A DNA stretch of 63,261 bases, filler included, from Candidatus Delongbacteria bacterium (GTDB lineage: Bacteria; UBA4055): NCBI GenBank assembly GCA_016937995.1. It is 3 parts of 3 records of this genome, joined end to end, with 100 filler letters (N's around TTAATTAATTAA, not from the genome) between each part and the next. Parts side by side here need not be neighbours in the genome. Positions count along the whole stretch, not along the records: positions 1 to 30,705 come from JAFGVM010000035.1; 2 more parts are not named here. The stretch is one strand, 5' to 3'. How positions within the stretch are numbered: the first letter of the stretch is position 1; each line of letters opens with the position of its first letter. Below the pieces are notes generated by a model. That model was given only the letters and a program-made list of their open reading frames with translations. It made no database searches and was not told where the DNA came from. A program made the translations under genes and the position numbers. Positions 1 to 9,643 of this stretch are shown here, in pieces.

Positions 1-165
1 AAAGTATCTTTCTGTTCTGCAGTTTTTTATCACTGGTTCGATAAAGGTATTCCGTACTTCTGGAAGCCTTTTGCATTTTTTGATCTTGGATTCATGATCC
101 TCTTTTTCTGGGCTTTTGCTGTCTTAAAAAGGGAAAGAAGAGAAAAACCGAGGTTGGAAATTTAA
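1..165 (+). CDS. 3' end of an uncharacterised membrane protein (partial at window start)
   Basis: Frame 1 is open from base 1: KVSFCSAVFYHWFDKGIPYFWKPFAFFDLGFMILFFWAFAVLKRERREKPRLEI*, TAA at 163-165; hydrophobic helices; not in ORF track. Confidence 0.6.
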   Translation, partial: KVSFCSAVFYHWFDKGIPYFWKPFAFFDLGFMILFFWAFAVLKRERREKPRLEI

Positions 166-369
166 TAATTTTTTGTTGACAAATCATATATTAAAAAATA
201 AATTTGTAATATATGAAAATCTATACATACGAAAACAATACAGACTTTTTTTTAATAGGTTACAGTTGAGGTAGCTCAAAGCCTGTATTGGTGTCTTTCG
301 TGTAAAGATTAATTTTATATATGACAAATTTTGTACTTCATCGTCATAAAATAATTTTCTGCATGATAC

Positions 370-393
370 GGGCATAAAATGTTATGCCCCTAC
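370..393 (-). repeat. GTAG-type REP palindrome
   Basis: GGGCATAA-aatg-TTATGCCC followed by CTAC (GTAG foot on the minus strand). Confidence 0.75.
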
Positions 394-527
394 AAAAATT
401 ATTTTCTTGAATTACTTTATTTCTCACGATCTAAAATCAATCTTTAATTTTCAAAAACAATTACAATCGAAATGCATTTGATCACACGAATAAATATTTT
501 ATTTTAAACTAAACTATTGGAGAAATA

Positions 528-1595
528 ATGAAAAACTTGTTCAAATCAAGAACCGGGATAATAATCGCAGGTTCTATAATCGGAATCATTGCTGCATTGT
601 TGCAATACTTTGGAAATCCTGCTAATATGGGATTTTGTATCGCATGTTTTGAAAGAGATATAGCAGGGGCTATAGGACTTCACAGAGCTGCAGTTGTACA
701 ATATATCAGACCTGAGATCATTGGTATAATGATCGGAGCATTAGTTATCTCAATGATCAAAGGTGAATTCAGACCAAGAGGAGGTTCATCTACAATTATC
801 AGATTCTTTCTTGGTGTTTTCGCTATGATAGGAGCTCTTGTATTCCTTGGATGTCCCTGGAGAGCTTTTATCAGATTAGCAGGAGGTGACCTAAACGCAA
901 TTACCGGTCTTATTGGGTTAGTAGTCGGTATTGGTATCGGATCGTATTTTATTAAAAAAGGTTATAGTCTTGGGAGAAGTCACAAACAATCTGTAGCCAC
1001 AGGTTATATCATGCCTGTTTTAATGTTGGTATTGTTCCTGATGCTTGTTTTCGGTTTTTCAAAGCTTTTGCTGAGTGAGAAAGGACCAGGTGCTTTGCAT
1101 GCTCCAATTTATATAAGTATAATTGCAGGAATAATTGTAGGATGGTTAGCTCAAAGAAGCCGTTTTTGTACCATGGGATCCATCAGAGATATAATTCTTG
1201 TAAAAGATTTTCATCTTATATCGGGAGTTGGTGCATTTACAGTTGCTGTTTTTGTTCTGAATTTAATACTAGGTCAGTTCAATCCGGGATTTGATGGTCA
1301 GCCAATAGCTCATAATTTACATATCTGGAATTTTTTGGGTATGGCTCTGTCCGGTCTGGCCTTTTCTCTTGCAGGAGGATGTCCGGGAAGGCAGCTCATA
1401 CTTACAGGAGAAGGAGATACTGATTCCGGTATATTTGTACTGGGAATGATAGCCGGAGCAGCATTTTCTCATAACTTTGCTATGGCAAGTTCTCCTAAGG
1501 GCATAGGAGCATTTGGTGCATGGGGAACTATTATAGGTATCGTATTCTGTCTGGTAATAGCTATTTCAATGACTCAAAAAAGAAAAAACGCATAA
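528..1595 (+). CDS. yedE: YedE-family putative selenium/sulfur transporter
   Basis: GNPANMGFCIACFERD, VQYIRPEI, LGCPWR, RFCTMG and AGGCPGRQ motifs; many TM helices; GGAG RBS. Confidence 0.88.
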   Translation: MKNLFKSRTGIIIAGSIIGIIAALLQYFGNPANMGFCIACFERDIAGAIGLHRAAVVQYIRPEIIGIMIGALVISMIKGEFRPRGGSSTIIRFFLGVFAMIGALVFLGCPWRAFIRLAGGDLNAITGLIGLVVGIGIGSYFIKKGYSLGRSHKQSVATGYIMPVLMLVLFLMLVFGFSKLLLSEKGPGALHAPIYISIIAGIIVGWLAQRSRFCTMGSIRDIILVKDFHLISGVGAFTVAVFVLNLILGQFNPGFDGQPIAHNLHIWNFLGMALSGLAFSLAGGCPGRQLILTGEGDTDSGIFVLGMIAGAAFSHNFAMASSPKGIGAFGAWGTIIGIVFCLVIAISMTQKRKNA

Positions 1596-1606
1596 AGGAG
1601 ATAAAA

Positions 1607-1816
1607 ATGGAAACTATTGATACTAGAGGACTTTCATGTCCTCAACCTGTAATAATGGTCACTCGTGCTATAAGTGACGGGAAAGCTGAATTTGAGATAT
1701 TAGCAGATACTGAATGTTCGTACGAGAATGTAACCAGATTACTTGAAAGTAAGAAATATAAATTTGAGATTGAAGAGAAAGAAGATTATAAATTGATAAA
1801 AGCAAAGAATGGGTAA
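1607..1816 (+). CDS. SirA/TusA-family sulfur/selenium carrier protein
   Basis: IDTRGLSCPQP motif; start moved to ATG 1607, downstream of AAGGAG RBS. Confidence 0.88.
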   Translation: METIDTRGLSCPQPVIMVTRAISDGKAEFEILADTECSYENVTRLLESKKYKFEIEEKEDYKLIKAKNG

Positions 1817-2969
1817 TAAGATGAATAATATTATCTATTTTGATAATGCTGCTACTTCGTTTCCCAAACCTCCATCAGTAACACAAGCAGTGGTGGAATA
1901 TATGACAGAGTACGGTGCAAATCCGGGCAGATCAGGTCATAAACTTTCAGTCAGAGCAGGAGAGACTGTCTTCAGGACCCGTAAGAAACTTGCAGAATTT
2001 TTCGGAGTGAAAAATCCTATGAGGGTGATCTTCGGTTCAAATGCAACAGATTCTCTGAACCTTGCGATAAAAGGAGTTCTGAAGCAGGGAGATCATGTAA
2101 TTACTTCATCTATGGAGCATAACAGCACGATAAGACCTTTAAAGAAAATGGAAGAGAACGGAATTATATCTCTTACAATTCTGAAAGGAGACGAAAAGGG
2201 TAAGATATCTGTTCATGAAATAGATGATGCGATTTTAAAGAATACTGCAGTAGTTGTTGTTAATCATATGTCTAATGTTTCAGGAACTGTTCAACCTATA
2301 AATGAGATAGGTGAAAGATGCCGTTTTAAAGGTATAATGCTTATAGTTGATTGTGCTCAGTCAGCTGGCATAATTCCTATAGATATGAACAGGGATAATA
2401 TAGACATAATTGCTTTTGCCGGACATAAGGGTCTATATGGTCCTACAGGTACAGGTGGTATGGTGATCTCAGATTCATTTGAATTCAGTAGGATAAAATC
2501 TCTGAAAGAAGGAGGAACGGGAAGTCTGTCAGACAGAGAGTATCAACCGGATTTCCTTCCTGATAAATTTGAAAGCGGGACATTGAACGTAGCCGGGATT
2601 GCAGGACTTGGAGCAGGAATTGATTTTATAAACATATATAACGATGGGATCACAGGTATTATTAAGCATAAGAAAGAACTGCAGGATTATTTTCTCACAT
2701 CTGCTAAAAATATCAATGGTATCAAATTCTATTACTCAGATGAAGGTCCCGGTGTAGTATCTTTTACAATTGACGGGATGTCAGTGTCAGAAATAACTAC
2801 TGAACTTTCAGAAAAATACTGTATAATGAGCAGACAGGGTCTACACTGTGCTCCTCTGGCACATAAAAGGATCGGTACTTTTCCTGAAGGTACTGTAAGA
2901 TTCGGTTTCAGTATTTTCAATACCAAGGAACAGATTGATAAAACAGTGAAAGCTTTGAAAGAAATGTAG
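1809..2969 (+). CDS. Class V PLP cysteine desulfurase / selenocysteine lyase-like protein (EF2568 type)
   Basis: YFDNAATSFPKP, AGHKGLYGP (PLP Lys), RQGLHCAP (catalytic Cys). Confidence 0.88.
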   Translation: MGNKMNNIIYFDNAATSFPKPPSVTQAVVEYMTEYGANPGRSGHKLSVRAGETVFRTRKKLAEFFGVKNPMRVIFGSNATDSLNLAIKGVLKQGDHVITSSMEHNSTIRPLKKMEENGIISLTILKGDEKGKISVHEIDDAILKNTAVVVVNHMSNVSGTVQPINEIGERCRFKGIMLIVDCAQSAGIIPIDMNRDNIDIIAFAGHKGLYGPTGTGGMVISDSFEFSRIKSLKEGGTGSLSDREYQPDFLPDKFESGTLNVAGIAGLGAGIDFINIYNDGITGIIKHKKELQDYFLTSAKNINGIKFYYSDEGPGVVSFTIDGMSVSEITTELSEKYCIMSRQGLHCAPLAHKRIGTFPEGTVRFGFSIFNTKEQIDKTVKALKEM

Positions 2970-2979
2970 GAGGTGTAAA

Positions 2980-3201
2980 ATGTCTGAATTTTCAGTTATA
3001 CTTTTTCATTCCAGCAACTATGCAATGTGGACAAAGGATATTCTTTCAGAAAACGATCTCGATTGCAAAATGATCTCTGTACCTAGAGATCTTAGTTCAG
3101 ACTGCGGTTATTGTGTTAAATTTCTAACAGCAGAAAAGGAACAAGTGGAACTGTTTCTTGAAAAAAATGAGATCGAATTCGATAAAATCGTTGATGTATA
3201 A
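2980..3201 (+). CDS. DUF3343 family putative Se/S carrier protein
   Basis: FHSSNYAM and SVPRDLSSDCG motifs; AGGAGG RBS; typical neighbour of yedE and desulfurase. Confidence 0.8.
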   Translation: MSEFSVILFHSSNYAMWTKDILSENDLDCKMISVPRDLSSDCGYCVKFLTAEKEQVELFLEKNEIEFDKIVDV

Positions 3202-3205
3202 TCAT

Positions 3206-3246
3206 AAAAAGAAAAAAGACCGTTCATATGTAAACGGTCTTTTCTT
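3206..3246. terminator. Bidirectional rho-independent terminator
   Basis: AAAGACCGTT / AACGGTCTTT stem with A-run and T-run flanks, between convergent genes. Confidence 0.75.
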
Positions 3247-3261
3247 GATCACAATTGAATT

Positions 3262-4485
3262 TTATTTCGAATCTGATGAAACGATGTAATAGAATAATTT
3301 TGCTTCACTTGATGCAATAATATACTGATTTGTTCCGACCGATGCCTCTAATGTAAAAGATCCATAAGGATCATCTGAGGAGTAAACATTGTAACTTGTT
3401 GCTCCTGTTGGGTACCAAGTTAGTACTACATTTGCACCATCAAAAATAATTTCAACATTTTCAGGTGTAGTCAAAGGTGGTGCCTGTAAATGGATAACAG
3501 ATACAGCATAATGATCCATACCCGAATAGCTGCCGCCCCACTCCATTTGTTCTCCACCCACAGTTCTATCCTGAGTCCATGTATTTCTAAGGTATACTTT
3601 AGGATGTGCTTCATCAGTATTATCATATCCGTATCCGAGCATTGAATGACCTACGACATTTATCAGAACAGGATTTCCGTTATCAATTTCATTTTTATAA
3701 TCTGCAAATGTATAACCTGATGTAATACCATTGTAGCCTAAAATATACTGGCTGAAATTATCTATAACCGTTACACCACATGCTTCATAGAATAATCTAA
3801 TACCGTGGCATCCATCCCTGTCTGCAGGTTCACAGCCTGTATAATCATAAAGTGCTGTTCCGTCCTGATAATTGTAGAATGATGTCGAGCCATCTACGTT
3901 TGAATAATTATACCACTGATTTGTTCCCATAAAATCTGCTGTACATATATTATATCCAGCTTCAATCGGAGTATGTTCAGACCAGTTTTCGTAATAAGGA
4001 TCTCCTTCCTCAAGATAATCTATCCAGTAATCATCTGCATGACCTTTTTTATCTCTAGAGTCAACGTTCTGTGCAGTTGCAGAAACCGGACATTCATTAG
4101 TCCCTGAGTGACTGGCTTGACTGTTCCATACAGCATTCGTCATTGGTTGAACACCACCGTTTGCAGGACCAGTATAAATATTGGGATAATCGGTATTGTC
4201 AAAATATCCTGCCTGCATTGCTATAGTTGTAGCACTACATCCATAACTCCAGTCATAAGAAGGAATTGAATCCAACCAAAATGTTACACCTTTAATTTTT
4301 TCTTTAGGAAGATTTTTACTTGGTTGAGGTAAAACTGCCGGTGGTCTACCGTCAATAATTGTTTCAACGATCTTTTTTCCGTTCTCGTCAATAAGTGTTT
4401 TACCGATCTTCTGCGAAAAAGAAAATGAAACAAATAACATCAAAATTACAGAAATAACGATTCTTTTATTAAATAGATTTTTCAT
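3262..4485 (-). CDS. Secreted papain-fold cysteine peptidase (C10/C39-like) with C-terminal Fn3-like domain
   Basis: Signal peptide; WSYGCSAT (Cys), GHSMLGYGY (His), LRNTW (Asn); C-terminal LTW...YNVYSSDDPY...KLFYYIV module. Confidence 0.7.
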   Translation of the reverse strand: MKNLFNKRIVISVILMLFVSFSFSQKIGKTLIDENGKKIVETIIDGRPPAVLPQPSKNLPKEKIKGVTFWLDSIPSYDWSYGCSATTIAMQAGYFDNTDYPNIYTGPANGGVQPMTNAVWNSQASHSGTNECPVSATAQNVDSRDKKGHADDYWIDYLEEGDPYYENWSEHTPIEAGYNICTADFMGTNQWYNYSNVDGSTSFYNYQDGTALYDYTGCEPADRDGCHGIRLFYEACGVTVIDNFSQYILGYNGITSGYTFADYKNEIDNGNPVLINVVGHSMLGYGYDNTDEAHPKVYLRNTWTQDRTVGGEQMEWGGSYSGMDHYAVSVIHLQAPPLTTPENVEIIFDGANVVLTWYPTGATSYNVYSSDDPYGSFTLEASVGTNQYIIASSEAKLFYYIVSSDSK

Positions 4486-4567
4486 TTATTCCTCCAGTTA
4501 TATTTGTCTTATTTTTTAAAATACTTATTTTATTTTTCTGTTGCAACAAAAAACTAACATAAAATAA

Positions 4568-4596
4568 TTGAAATATTGTAAGTTGTCTTGTATATT
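4568..4596 (+). promoter_or_regulatory. sigma70-like promoter
   Basis: TTGAAA-17nt-TATATT upstream of 4620. Confidence 0.5.
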
Positions 4597-4619
4597 CAAC
4601 CCAACTTACAGGAATAAAT

Positions 4620-5141
4620 ATGAAAAGAATTCTTATCATAGGCAGCGGTGGTGCTGGGAAATCCACATTTTCAAAACAATTAGCTAAAATTCTTAATATT
4701 CCAATAATTCATTTGGATGTTCATTTCTGGAACCCGGGATGGGTAATGACAGATAGCGAAATCTGGCATAAAACAGTTGATAATCTTATACTAGGAGACA
4801 GCTGGATAATGGACGGGAATTTTAACAGTACGATCGAAAAAAGGGTAAAAAGAGCTGATACTGTATTTTATTTTGATTTTTCCAAATATAGATGTCTCTA
4901 CAATGCTATTAAAAGAATGATAATTGGTAGATATTTTTTCAAAAAAAGATCTGATATGGCTGAAGGCTGCAAAGAGAAATTTGATATGGAATTCTATAAA
5001 TGGATCTGGAATTTCAATAAAGACCACAGAGAAGAATATTATAAGATGCTTAATGATCTTAAAGCAGAGAAAAACGTATATATTATTCGCAGTTATAGAG
5101 AGAAAAAGAAAATTTTAAAGCAACTGAGAATTGAAAGTTGA
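4620..5141 (+). CDS. Adenylate-kinase-like P-loop protein (FlaR / topology modulation protein family)
   Basis: RILIIGSGGAGKST, HLD..FW.PGW, WIMDGN, R.DMAEGC.EK motifs. Confidence 0.85.
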   Translation: MKRILIIGSGGAGKSTFSKQLAKILNIPIIHLDVHFWNPGWVMTDSEIWHKTVDNLILGDSWIMDGNFNSTIEKRVKRADTVFYFDFSKYRCLYNAIKRMIIGRYFFKKRSDMAEGCKEKFDMEFYKWIWNFNKDHREEYYKMLNDLKAEKNVYIIRSYREKKKILKQLRIES

Positions 5142-5145
5142 TGCA

Positions 5146-5434
5146 ATAGGGAACGATTTCAAACCGTTCCGATCAAAAAACAGAAGAAACGCGATTTATA
5201 GCATCTCTTTTTTTAAATCATTTATTATTTACTTTTTTCCATTGAAGCAAAAAGTAACAAAAAGTTCTAGGCAATCATGATCCCCTTGGCAATGTACTAC
5301 TTTTAACTGTCCCGGTCTGTCCCCTTACCTTATGATTGCCGAACTTAATTTTCTTCCATGACATATTAAAAGTCACACTGAGTCAATCGAAGTGTTAGAC
5401 TTTTCAATGCCGGTCAGAAAATTAATGTAAGGGG
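5146..5434. repeat. Cluster of REP-like palindromes and a large structured element
   Basis: GGAACG/CGTTCC (5150-5170); TACTTTTT/AAAAAGTA (5230-5256); AAGTTC-ta-GGCAATCAT/ATGATTGCC-GAACTT (5262-5346); TTAATTTTCT/AGAAAATTAA (5345-5425). Confidence 0.65.
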
Positions 5435-5578
5435 TTGGCTGACGCGAGATCTGGGAATTCAAGAAATTTAGTTTTTCTAAATCTGACTTATCAATTCAAA
5501 ATTTATATTTATCTTAATAAGTTTTGCCATGTTTATAGCGAAAACTAGTCCCTAAAACCTAGCCCCTTATCCCTAATA

Positions 5579-5607
5579 TTGACATTGTCAACTATTTCGC
5601 TTATTTT
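5579..5607 (+). promoter_or_regulatory. Putative prfC promoter with palindrome over the -35
   Basis: TTGACA-17nt-TATTTT; TTGACA-T-TGTCAA is a perfect inverted repeat. Confidence 0.5.
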
Positions 5608-5641
5608 TGCACCTGAATTAAATATACAGATCAAGGAAATC

Positions 5642-7225
5642 ATGGACAGGATCAAAGAAATAAAGAGAAGAAGAACTTTTGCAATTATAAGTCATCCTGA
5701 TGCAGGGAAGACGACACTAACAGAGAAATTATTGCTCTTCGGTGGAGCGATCAGAGTAGCGGGTGCTGTTAAATCGAATAAAATAAAAAAGACCGCAACA
5801 TCTGATTTTATGGAAATTGAAAGGCAGAGAGGTATCTCTGTTGCAACTTCTGTAATGGGTTTTGAATACGGTGATCACAAGATCAACATACTCGATACTC
5901 CGGGACACAAGGATTTCGCAGAGGATACTTTCAGAACTCTTACAGCTGCAGACAGTGTGATAGTTGTGATCGATGTTGCAAAAGGTGTCGAAGAACAGAC
6001 TGAAAGACTTGTTGAAGTTTGTAAAATGAGAAAGATCCCTATGATGTTCTTTATCAACAAGCTTGACAGACCGGGTAAAGATGCTTTTGAACTTCTTGAT
6101 GAGATAGAGCTTAAACTTTCCTGCAAAGTGACTCCGTTAAGCTGGCCTATAGGCATGGGGATTGACTTTAAAGGAGTTTACAATAAATATGAAGGTAAAC
6201 TTGACATTTTCGACAGAAATTCACAGGTTGTAAATGATGAAGGTGCCTCTATTTCAGTAGAATCTACTGATGATAAGATATTTGATGACAAACTCGGTGA
6301 TATTGCTGAAAAATTCAGGGGAGAGTACGAACTGATATCAGGAGTTTATGAAGAATTTGACCGGTCAGAATATCTTGATGGTAATATATGTCCGGTATTC
6401 TTTGGAAGTGCTTTGAATAATTTCGGTGTAAGGGACCTGTTAAACTGTTTTACGGATATTGCACCTCATCCTCAACCTGTTGAATCTGATATTAAAGAGA
6501 TCATTCCCGAAGATGAAAAATTTTCAGGTTTTGTATTCAAGATACACGCAAATATTGATCCAAATCACAGGTCGAGAATAGCTTTTGTTAAAATAGTCTC
6601 AGGTATGTTTGAAAGAAATAAAAACTATTATCATACAAAACTGGACAGGAATTTTAAGTTCAGTAACCCCACTTCATTTATGGCTTCAAAAAAAGAAATA
6701 GTTGAAGAAGCTTTTCCCGGTGATATCGTGGGTATTCCCGATACCGGGAACTTTAAGATTGGTGATACTTTGACAGAAGGAGAAAAATTCAATTTTACGG
6801 GAATCCCAAATTTTGCTCCTGAAACATTTCAGTATATCGAAAATGCTGATCCGCTTAAATCAAAACAGCTGAATAAAGGTATAGTTCAGCTCACCGATGA
6901 AGGAGTAGCTCAACTATTTATAAGAACTGCAAATAATAAAAAGATCATCGGTACTGTTGGGAATCTTCAGTTCGAGGTTATTAAATACAGACTGGAACAT
7001 GAGTATTCAGCTTTAAGCAGATTTGAACCTTTGTCTTTGTATCGGGCATGCTGGATCACTTGTGATGATCCTAAGAAGCTTAAAGAATTTAAGGATAAGA
7101 ATCATTTTTTCATTGCTGAGGATAAAAGAGGAAATCCGGTTTTCCTTGCTGAAACTTCCTGGAGTTTGCAGCGAGCTCAAGAGAAATTTCCGGATGTTAA
7201 ATTCCATTTTAAGTCAGAGTTTTAA
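5642..7225 (+). CDS. prfC: Peptide chain release factor 3
   Basis: RRTFAIISHPDAGKTTLTEK, SDFMEIERQRGISV, LDTPGHKDF; ATG 5642 after AAGGA preferred over TTG 5579. Confidence 0.97.
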   Translation: MDRIKEIKRRRTFAIISHPDAGKTTLTEKLLLFGGAIRVAGAVKSNKIKKTATSDFMEIERQRGISVATSVMGFEYGDHKINILDTPGHKDFAEDTFRTLTAADSVIVVIDVAKGVEEQTERLVEVCKMRKIPMMFFINKLDRPGKDAFELLDEIELKLSCKVTPLSWPIGMGIDFKGVYNKYEGKLDIFDRNSQVVNDEGASISVESTDDKIFDDKLGDIAEKFRGEYELISGVYEEFDRSEYLDGNICPVFFGSALNNFGVRDLLNCFTDIAPHPQPVESDIKEIIPEDEKFSGFVFKIHANIDPNHRSRIAFVKIVSGMFERNKNYYHTKLDRNFKFSNPTSFMASKKEIVEEAFPGDIVGIPDTGNFKIGDTLTEGEKFNFTGIPNFAPETFQYIENADPLKSKQLNKGIVQLTDEGVAQLFIRTANNKKIIGTVGNLQFEVIKYRLEHEYSALSRFEPLSLYRACWITCDDPKKLKEFKDKNHFFIAEDKRGNPVFLAETSWSLQRAQEKFPDVKFHFKSEF

Positions 7226-7233
7226 ATTATAAC

Positions 7234-7321
7234 CTGCAGGGGCGTATCACAATACGCCCATTTACATATCCCATTAATATTAATGATCATTTAACGGGTG
7301 AATGATTATTCACCCCTGCAG
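7234..7321. repeat. Inverted pair of GCAG-footed REPs (REPIN-like)
   Basis: GCAG-GGGCGTAT..ATACGCCC (7236-7259) and GGGTGAAT..ATTCACCC-CTGC (7296-7319); outer CTGCAGGGG/CCCCTGCAG. Confidence 0.75.
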
Positions 7322-7334
7322 CATGTTACTATAT

Positions 7335-7395
7335 TAGCACTGGGTTTCAACCCGGTGCTATTTGTTTTGTGTTAATCCCTGGGTTGAAACCCCAG
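7335..7395. repeat. Pair of GGGTT(TC/GA)AACCC palindromes (second REP family)
   Basis: TAGCACTGGGTTTCAACCCGGTGCTA (7335-7360) and CCTGGGTTGAAACCCAGG (7378-7395), in opposite orientations. Confidence 0.7.
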
Positions 7396-7503
7396 GTTAT
7401 GTACAGGTCACTCCGCTGGGGTTATTCAAATAATTTTATATTTTGTTAAAATTACAAATTTAACTTACCTTTCCAACGAATTGCTGTAATAACAAGGAAT
7501 TAA

Positions 7504-9444
7504 ATGATTAATGTTTCTAACATATCTCTAAGTTTTGCGGATAAGGTCATTTTCAAAGATGTTAATATTTTCATCAAGGAAAAGAGCAGGATCGGTATTG
7601 TCGGGATCAACGGTTCCGGGAAAACGACTTTTCTTAGGTCTATTCTGGATGAAGTATACCTGGACAAAGGTAAAATTGAGATAAATCCAAAATTCTCAAT
7701 TGCATATCTTTCCCAGGAATCAGTGGATATGCCGGATGTTAATATTATCGTGTTCCTTAGAGATGTTACGGGAGTTTCTGTCGTTGAGAAAAGAATGAAA
7801 GAGCTGGAAAAACAGTTCGCATACATGGACCATGAATCACAGGAATACAATCAGGCATTGAAGGAATACGAAGATGAGACACATAAATTTGATGTTCTTG
7901 AAGGTTATTCCTTTGACCATCTAGCTAAAAGAGTTTTAAAAGGTCTCGGTTTTAAAGAAAGTGATTTTGAAAAAAAATGTACGGAGTTCTCAGGAGGATG
8001 GAAAGTCAGAATAAATCTTGCTTCAGTTCTTCTTCAAAAACCTGATATAATGTTACTTGACGAACCTACGAACCACCTGGACTCAGAAAGTATGGAATGG
8101 CTGGAGAATTACCTTAAGGATTATCAGGGAACGATCCTGACTATTTCACATGATAGAAGATTTTTAGATAAAACAGTGAAAAAGATAATTGAATTCGATA
8201 AAGGCAAACTATACACATACTCGGGAAATTATTCCTCATATGAAAAAGAGAAGCAGAGAAGAAAAGAAGCATTGTTAAAAGAATATGAGGCACAACAGTC
8301 AGAGATAAAAAGAATAAGGGAATTTATTGAAAGGTTCAGGTCAAAAGCTTCAAAAGCTCCTCAGGTCCAAAGCAGGATCAAAATGCTTGAGAAGTTCGAT
8401 CTTATCGAGCTCGAAAGAGATAATAGAAAGATAAAGATCAGTTTTCCTGAAACTACAAAGAGCGGTAACGAAGTACTTAAACTTAAAAATATATCAAAAT
8501 CCTACGGTTCGAATCAGGTGTTCTCTAATGTTAATTTCACTGTGTTCAGAGGTGACAGGTCTGCTGTTGTAGGTCACAATGGAGCAGGTAAGTCCACATT
8601 GTTCAGATTGCTTAGCAGGGTAGAAAAGCCAACTTCAGGTGAACTGATCCATGGACTGAATGTTGAACCTGCATATTTTTCTCAGGAGAACAGTGAAAAT
8701 CTTTCAAGTGAAAATACTGTTTTTGAAGAAGTGATCAATTGCGGTTCGGGTGAAACAGAAGCCAGACTTAGAACTATTCTGGGAACATTTTTATTTTCGG
8801 GAAATGATGTATTTAAAAGTGTTTCAGTTCTCTCAGGTGGTGAAAAGTCCAGACTGGCACTGCTTAAGATACTTTTGCAAAAGAGCAATCTTCTTATTCT
8901 CGATGAGCCAACAAACCATCTTGATAATATCACAAAAGATATTTTTCAACAGGCACTTCTAAAATATGATGGAACGATCATTATAGTATCACATGACAGA
9001 TACTTTCTTGATAAGCTGGTTGAAAAGGTTTATGAGATCAAGGATGGAAAATTAAATATTTTCGAAGGCAACTACAGCTACTATATCGATAAAAGAGCTG
9101 AGCTGGAGGATTTAGAAAAGTCAAATGTCGAAGAGGAAGAACCTGAATCAACGGGTTATAAGTCAAAAGACCAGAAGAGAATAGAGGCGGAAAAAAGAAA
9201 CGCACAATACAAGGAAACTAAAGTTTACAAAGATAAATTGTCAAAAGTTGAGAAAGAAATTGAGAAACTCGAGCTTAGAAAAACCGAGATCGAAGGAATA
9301 TTGTCTTCTCAGGAATATACAGAAATGGAGAGGACAATAGAGTTAAGTAAAGAGATAGGGCAGATAGAAGTGGACCTGTCTTACAAAATGATGGAATGGG
9401 AAGATCTGAATGAGAAGTTGGATGCGATTGAGAATAGTGATTAG
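7504..9444 (+). CDS. ABC-F family ATP-binding protein
   Basis: Two ABC cassettes (GINGSGKT/FSGGW/LDEPTNHLD and GHNGAGKS/LSGGE/LDEPTNHLD), no TM segments, coiled-coil tail. Confidence 0.93.
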   Translation: MINVSNISLSFADKVIFKDVNIFIKEKSRIGIVGINGSGKTTFLRSILDEVYLDKGKIEINPKFSIAYLSQESVDMPDVNIIVFLRDVTGVSVVEKRMKELEKQFAYMDHESQEYNQALKEYEDETHKFDVLEGYSFDHLAKRVLKGLGFKESDFEKKCTEFSGGWKVRINLASVLLQKPDIMLLDEPTNHLDSESMEWLENYLKDYQGTILTISHDRRFLDKTVKKIIEFDKGKLYTYSGNYSSYEKEKQRRKEALLKEYEAQQSEIKRIREFIERFRSKASKAPQVQSRIKMLEKFDLIELERDNRKIKISFPETTKSGNEVLKLKNISKSYGSNQVFSNVNFTVFRGDRSAVVGHNGAGKSTLFRLLSRVEKPTSGELIHGLNVEPAYFSQENSENLSSENTVFEEVINCGSGETEARLRTILGTFLFSGNDVFKSVSVLSGGEKSRLALLKILLQKSNLLILDEPTNHLDNITKDIFQQALLKYDGTIIIVSHDRYFLDKLVEKVYEIKDGKLNIFEGNYSYYIDKRAELEDLEKSNVEEEEPESTGYKSKDQKRIEAEKRNAQYKETKVYKDKLSKVEKEIEKLELRKTEIEGILSSQEYTEMERTIELSKEIGQIEVDLSYKMMEWEDLNEKLDAIENSD

Positions 9445-9498
9445 TGATTAGTAGGTGTTGTCCTTGCGACTAACCAATTAACAAAATATCCAATATCT

Positions 9499-9643
9499 CC
9501 CGATAAATCGGGACAGTCACGGAATGTCCAATAACGAAGTAAGGGTATAATTTATTACACCCACAAAAAGAATGGATCCCCGGATCAAATCCGGGAATGA
9601 CACAAAATAATATAGCCTTAGTGCCTTTGTGGCTCTGTGAGAG
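9499..9643. repeat. Stacked palindromic repeats of several families
   Basis: CCCGATAAATCGGG; GTAA-GGGTATAAT..ATTACACCC (9539-9562); TGGATCCCCGGATCAAATCCGGGAATGACA (9573-9602); CTTAGTGCCTTTGTGGCTCTGTGAG. Confidence 0.65.

Noticed and set aside
528..3201. Possible selenoproteins (UGA read-through) or tRNA-Sec in the selenium cluster
   Set aside because: Catalytic positions are ordinary Cys codons, the genes end in TAA/TAG, and no tRNA-like fold was seen
7234..7422. CRISPR array or integron attC array suggested by clustered palindromes
   Set aside because: No identical repeats with regular unique spacers, no cas or integrase gene, and the flanking genes are housekeeping; better explained as REPs
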